This document shows, piece after piece, positions 16,040-19,162 of a stretch of 19,162 nt of DNA. Made by a program: the position numbers and the translations under genes. Position 1 is the stretch's first letter, and every line of letters begins with the position of its first letter. The stretch covers positions 1 to 19,162 of the forward strand of contig JBHIBG010000049.1 in assembly GCA_046758965.1 (NCBI GenBank), in the 5' to 3' direction. Origin of the DNA: Candidatus Methylomirabilia bacterium. GTDB taxonomy: Bacteria; Methylomirabilota; Methylomirabilia; Rokubacteriales; CSP1-6. Below the pieces are notes generated by a model. The model was given only the letters and a program-made list of their open reading frames with translations. It ran no database searches and was not told the DNA's origin.

Positions 16040-17272
16040 TCAGGCGGCCCGCGCCCCTCGAGGCGCGTGCCTCGCCTGCAGATTCTTCAGGTATTCGAGG
16101 AAGAAGGCGAGGAAGACGCCGAGGAAGAGGCTGGTCACGCCCGCGAGAGCCAGGTTGAGCCTGAGGCGGGGTTTCGAATGGCGCACGGCCGGGACAGCGC
16201 GGTCGAGGACCTGCACCACCGGGAAGTCCCTGGCCTCGGCAATCTTGACCTGCTCAAGCTGCTGGGTCAGGAGCCCGACCAGGGTCTCCTGAACCTTCGT
16301 CTCTCTAGTCAGGCGGGCCAGCTCCAGGCCGACCTCGGGCACCTTCGCGAACGGCACGTAGATTTCGCGCCGATCGGCAGTTGGTGGCTGGCCAAGGCGC
16401 GATCGCCGAGCAACCTGATCCCCATACTGCATCCTGGCAAGCTGCCGCTTCATCTCATCGACCCGCCGCCTCAAGTTCATGACATCCGGATTCGCCTCTG
16501 TGGCGAAGTTCCTCATCACCTGGAGCTGGACCTCCGCTGCCATGATCTCGCCCTTGAGACGGGCCGCAGCATCGATTGCTCCCCGGGTCTGCTCACGGAG
16601 AACAACGGCTCGGTTCTGCTCCTGGAAGCTGCGAAGCGTCTCTTCAGCGTCCTCGAGGTTTCCCTGGGCGCGCGCAAGCTGGGCGGTGATGAACCTGCGC
16701 TGGCGCCCTGCCTCGCCCGTGCCGAACTCTGAGACAAGTCGATCGAGCTGCTCCACGTAGAAGTTCGCGACCTGAGCGGCGAGCCGGGGGTCGGTGTCCT
16801 CGACCTTGACCGTGATCACGCCCTCCCTGGAGATCTTGATGTCGGTGGCTCCCTGAAGACCGCTGATTGCGTCCTGGAGATAGCGCGCCCGGTAGCGCTC
16901 CTGAAGCCGAAATCGCTCCACCACCGATTGGGCGACGGTCCGGCTCTTCAAGATGCTCACGAGCATGTCGCGGGTCGGCGTGAGCGAGGGGATCGAGAGT
17001 CCCGGCACCTGCTGGAGAAGCCCCGAAGCGGCAAGCGTGCCGAGAAGACCGCCCCCTCTCCCTTCCTTGGGAGCGAGGAGCGTGACGGTAGACTCATAGA
17101 TCTTCGGCATCCTGATCGTGATGATGGAAGTTGTCAGCACGGCGACGAAACAGAGCCCGAGGATCAGCCAGCGATGACGCCAGACCACGACCGCGTAATC
17201 GACGAGGTTGACCTCATCGTCTTCGATCTGCGGCGTTCGCCTCGGTTCATCCTCAGGGATTACATCAGTCAT
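16040..17272 (-). CDS. Wzz/GumC-like polysaccharide co-polymerase without a kinase domain
   Basis: DEVNLVDY..VWRHRWLI-TM1, PKIYES, ILKSR, a long coiled coil, ANPDV, VQVLDRAVP...KP-TM2; ends shortly after TM2 with no Walker A motif or Tyr cluster. Confidence 0.9.
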   Translation of the reverse strand: MTDVIPEDEPRRTPQIEDDEVNLVDYAVVVWRHRWLILGLCFVAVLTTSIITIRMPKIYESTVTLLAPKEGRGGGLLGTLAASGLLQQVPGLSIPSLTPTRDMLVSILKSRTVAQSVVERFRLQERYRARYLQDAISGLQGATDIKISREGVITVKVEDTDPRLAAQVANFYVEQLDRLVSEFGTGEAGRQRRFITAQLARAQGNLEDAEETLRSFQEQNRAVVLREQTRGAIDAAARLKGEIMAAEVQLQVMRNFATEANPDVMNLRRRVDEMKRQLARMQYGDQVARRSRLGQPPTADRREIYVPFAKVPEVGLELARLTRETKVQETLVGLLTQQLEQVKIAEARDFPVVQVLDRAVPAVRHSKPRLRLNLALAGVTSLFLGVFLAFFLEYLKNLQARHAPRGARAA

Positions 17273-17293
17273 CGGCTGAGCTCTTCAGGCGTG

Positions 17294-17346
17294 CCCCTCA
17301 CCCTCCCCTCTCCCCCCCGAAGAGGGAGAGGATTGAACGTGAGGGT
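17294..17346. repeat. REP-like palindrome upstream of the wzz-like gene
   Basis: CCCCTCACCCTCCCCTCTCCC-CCCCGAAGA-GGGAGAGGATTGAACGTGAGGG. Confidence 0.85.
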
Positions 17347-17717
17347 ATCGACTTTCCCACAGTTATCCACGACGGCGAAATTGCAAGGGTTGACGCGCGC
17401 TCACAGCCATGGCCGTGAAAAAAAGGCGGTCTCACCGGGGACTGCTGAAGGTCTTCAGAAGATCAGCGCATGAATAGAGGCCACTAAGATCACAACGCAT
17501 GAAACATCGCATCTGATGCGGCGATCTGAATTGTACAGGCACAGCTCCGCCCTCTCACTTACATCTCTTCAAAAGAAACTCCAACCCTTCAGCTCTCGAA
17601 AAATGTTCTCGGCAGGGAAGAGAGCGATCAGTTCCTGAAAGAATCCGAGAGCCTGATCCGAGTCACAAAGGGTTGGCCTCCACTGGCAAACCTGCCAGAT
17701 TTCTCTTGGAGTGCAGC

Positions 17718-17746
17718 ATGTTAGAGCCATGGGGAAGCGGTGTCAA
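17718..17746 (-). promoter_or_regulatory. Sigma70-type promoter for the minus-strand cluster
   Basis: Minus strand TTGACA (17746-17741), 17-nt spacer, TAACAT (17723-17718), in a GC-rich background. Confidence 0.65.
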
Positions 17747-17844
17747 GGGGGTAGACAGAGGATTCGGGGCCGGCTCGCCCGAGGACCCGAGGCTCTTGCC
17801 ATGACCGAGCCGCCGGGAGTAAAGGTTGGAGAGCCGGCAACCCC

Positions 17845-18717
17845 GTGCCCGGGCGGGACCCCATGATCAGTCAAATAATCCCGAACGCTGATGACTTCGG
17901 CTTAAGCTCAGGGATCACCGAGGGGATCGTAAGTGCCTTTCGGGAAACGATCCTTACCAGCACCTCCCTGTTCCCTAATGGCGAGGCCTTCGAAGCGGCA
18001 GTGGCGCAGGCCAAGGCTCACCCCGGCCTGTCGATCGGCGTTCACCTCACACTTGTCGAAGGGAACCCTCTCAGCCGTCCCAACGACATCCCCTCCCTGG
18101 TCACGGCCCAGGGGGCCTTTGTCGGGAGGTTCGGCCAACTCCTAACCCGCTGGTTTTCCGGGAGACTCCGCCTTCGGGAGGTCGAGCGGGAGTGGTGCCG
18201 TCAGGTTGAGCGGGTGCTGGAGGCTGGGCTGACTGTGGATAAGCTGGACAGCCACATGAACGTTCATCTCCTCCCCGGGCTCTTCCCCGTGAGCGTGCGC
18301 GTGGCCCAACGCTACGGGATCAGGGGAGTGCGAATGCCCAGGGGGGAGGTCTCAGGGCCGCCCGCGACGCTCCCTCAGCAGCTCTGCCTGGGAGCCCTCG
18401 CCCGGCTCCGCATGGGCCGCCTGCGGCGCGCCGGCCTCTACACTCCAGACCACTTCCGCGGGCTGGCGTCCAGCGGGAAGCTGACAGAGGAGCGGCTGAT
18501 CCAGATCCTTCAGCGCCTTCGGCCAGGGGTGACCGAGATCGTCGTCCATCCTGGAGCTGCCGGCCCGATCAGCGATCGCTGGCCATCATCGCGGCGGTAC
18601 CATCGGGAGGGCGAGCTGGCCGCGCTGCTCTCACCCAAACTGAAGGGCTTCCTCAAGACCTCCGGGATCCAGCTCACCACCTACCGTGAGGCTTCCTCCC
18701 AGGGCTCACCCAAGTAG
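17845..18717 (+). CDS. YdjC/ChbG/HpnK family carbohydrate deacetylase
   Basis: NADDFG, TSTSL, GVHLTL, LDSHMNVH, GVTEIVVHPG, RE...L. Start is 17845 (GTG) or 17863 (ATG). Confidence 0.92.
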   Translation: MPGRDPMISQIIPNADDFGLSSGITEGIVSAFRETILTSTSLFPNGEAFEAAVAQAKAHPGLSIGVHLTLVEGNPLSRPNDIPSLVTAQGAFVGRFGQLLTRWFSGRLRLREVEREWCRQVERVLEAGLTVDKLDSHMNVHLLPGLFPVSVRVAQRYGIRGVRMPRGEVSGPPATLPQQLCLGALARLRMGRLRRAGLYTPDHFRGLASSGKLTEERLIQILQRLRPGVTEIVVHPGAAGPISDRWPSSRRYHREGELAALLSPKLKGFLKTSGIQLTTYREASSQGSPK

Positions 18718-18766
18718 CGTCAGCCCGCTGAGGCCGAGGAAGACTTCTCCACATCGTGGTGAATAT

Positions 18767-19162
18767 GGCGGTCTGAAGAGCTTCGTAGACTTTCTCGGGG
18801 TCGATCTCTTCCTATTCGCAGTGGACAGCGAGACACCCCTGCGGAGGGGCCCTCACGGCGTGACCCGCCGGATCAACCGCCGAGCAGCGGCGCATCCCGA
18901 GAGCGACGTGAAGGCGAGAAATGGAAACTACGCGGTCCAGGTGTTTGGGCAGCGGACCTGACAATTTCCCGGCGTGCTCACGCACAAAAATGCCCACGTC
19001 GTGCACGTGCGGGACTTCAATGCCTGCAGCTCGGAGAGCAGCTTTCAGCGCGAGTTCGACGGTCTCCTGGGAGCGTCTGACCGCCAAGTGCCACACCCCC
19101 TCCCGATGGTGGCGCTCGGCTTCCTCGAGGATCCGCCGGGCTTGGCGGAGGGAACTGCGCGC
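18767..19162 (-). pseudogene. Disrupted HEPN-domain gene (5' end off the window) followed by a DUF86/HepT-like C-terminal remnant
   Basis: ARSSLRQARRILEEA...WHLAVRRSQETVELALKAAL...GIEVPHVHDVG is a HEPN N-terminal pattern. Resemblance is lost after ...VSISR (~18914). The same frame continues VHCE*EEIDPEKVYEALQTA across the TAG at 18812-18814. Confidence 0.62.

Noticed and set aside
17353..17371. Two DnaA-box-like 9-mers (TTTCCCACA, TTATCCACG)
   Set aside because: Each has a mismatch to the consensus, and there is no box cluster, unwinding element or origin-linked gene.
17683..17698. Sigma54 promoter (TGGCA...TTGC on the minus strand)
   Set aside because: GG-to-GC spacing is 7 nt instead of the required 10; kept only as a palindrome.

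Overview
A high-GC bacterial window with outer-membrane genes (so a diderm), dominated by a ~17 kb co-oriented minus-strand cluster. In transcription order: Wzz-like chain-length regulator, Wzi outer-membrane capsule protein, ArnT-like GT-C transferase, ArnC-like GT2, 740-aa SLBB/OPX polysaccharide exporter, CpoB/YbgF-like TPR lipoprotein, DegT-family aminotransferase, PaaK-like adenylating ligase, AcpS, His-less FabZ-like protein, Cys-less ketosynthase (CLF-like), a 202-aa ACP with a ~110-aa insert, FabZ-like dehydratase, FabL-type enoyl reductase, and an active FabF-like ketosynthase that runs off the left edge and is absent from the ORF track. A divergent YdjC/ChbG deacetylase and a broken HEPN locus close the window. 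The cluster looks like a dedicated type II FAS/PKS joined to an amino-sugar transfer module and capsule export machinery, plausibly making a specialised surface glycolipid (inference). A family of CCCTCTCCC..GGGAGAGGG REP-like hairpins occurs throughout, including a 6 x 36-nt tandem array and three in-frame coding copies. A strong sigma70-like promoter lies ~440 nt upstream of the first gene, implying a long leader with predicted structure.
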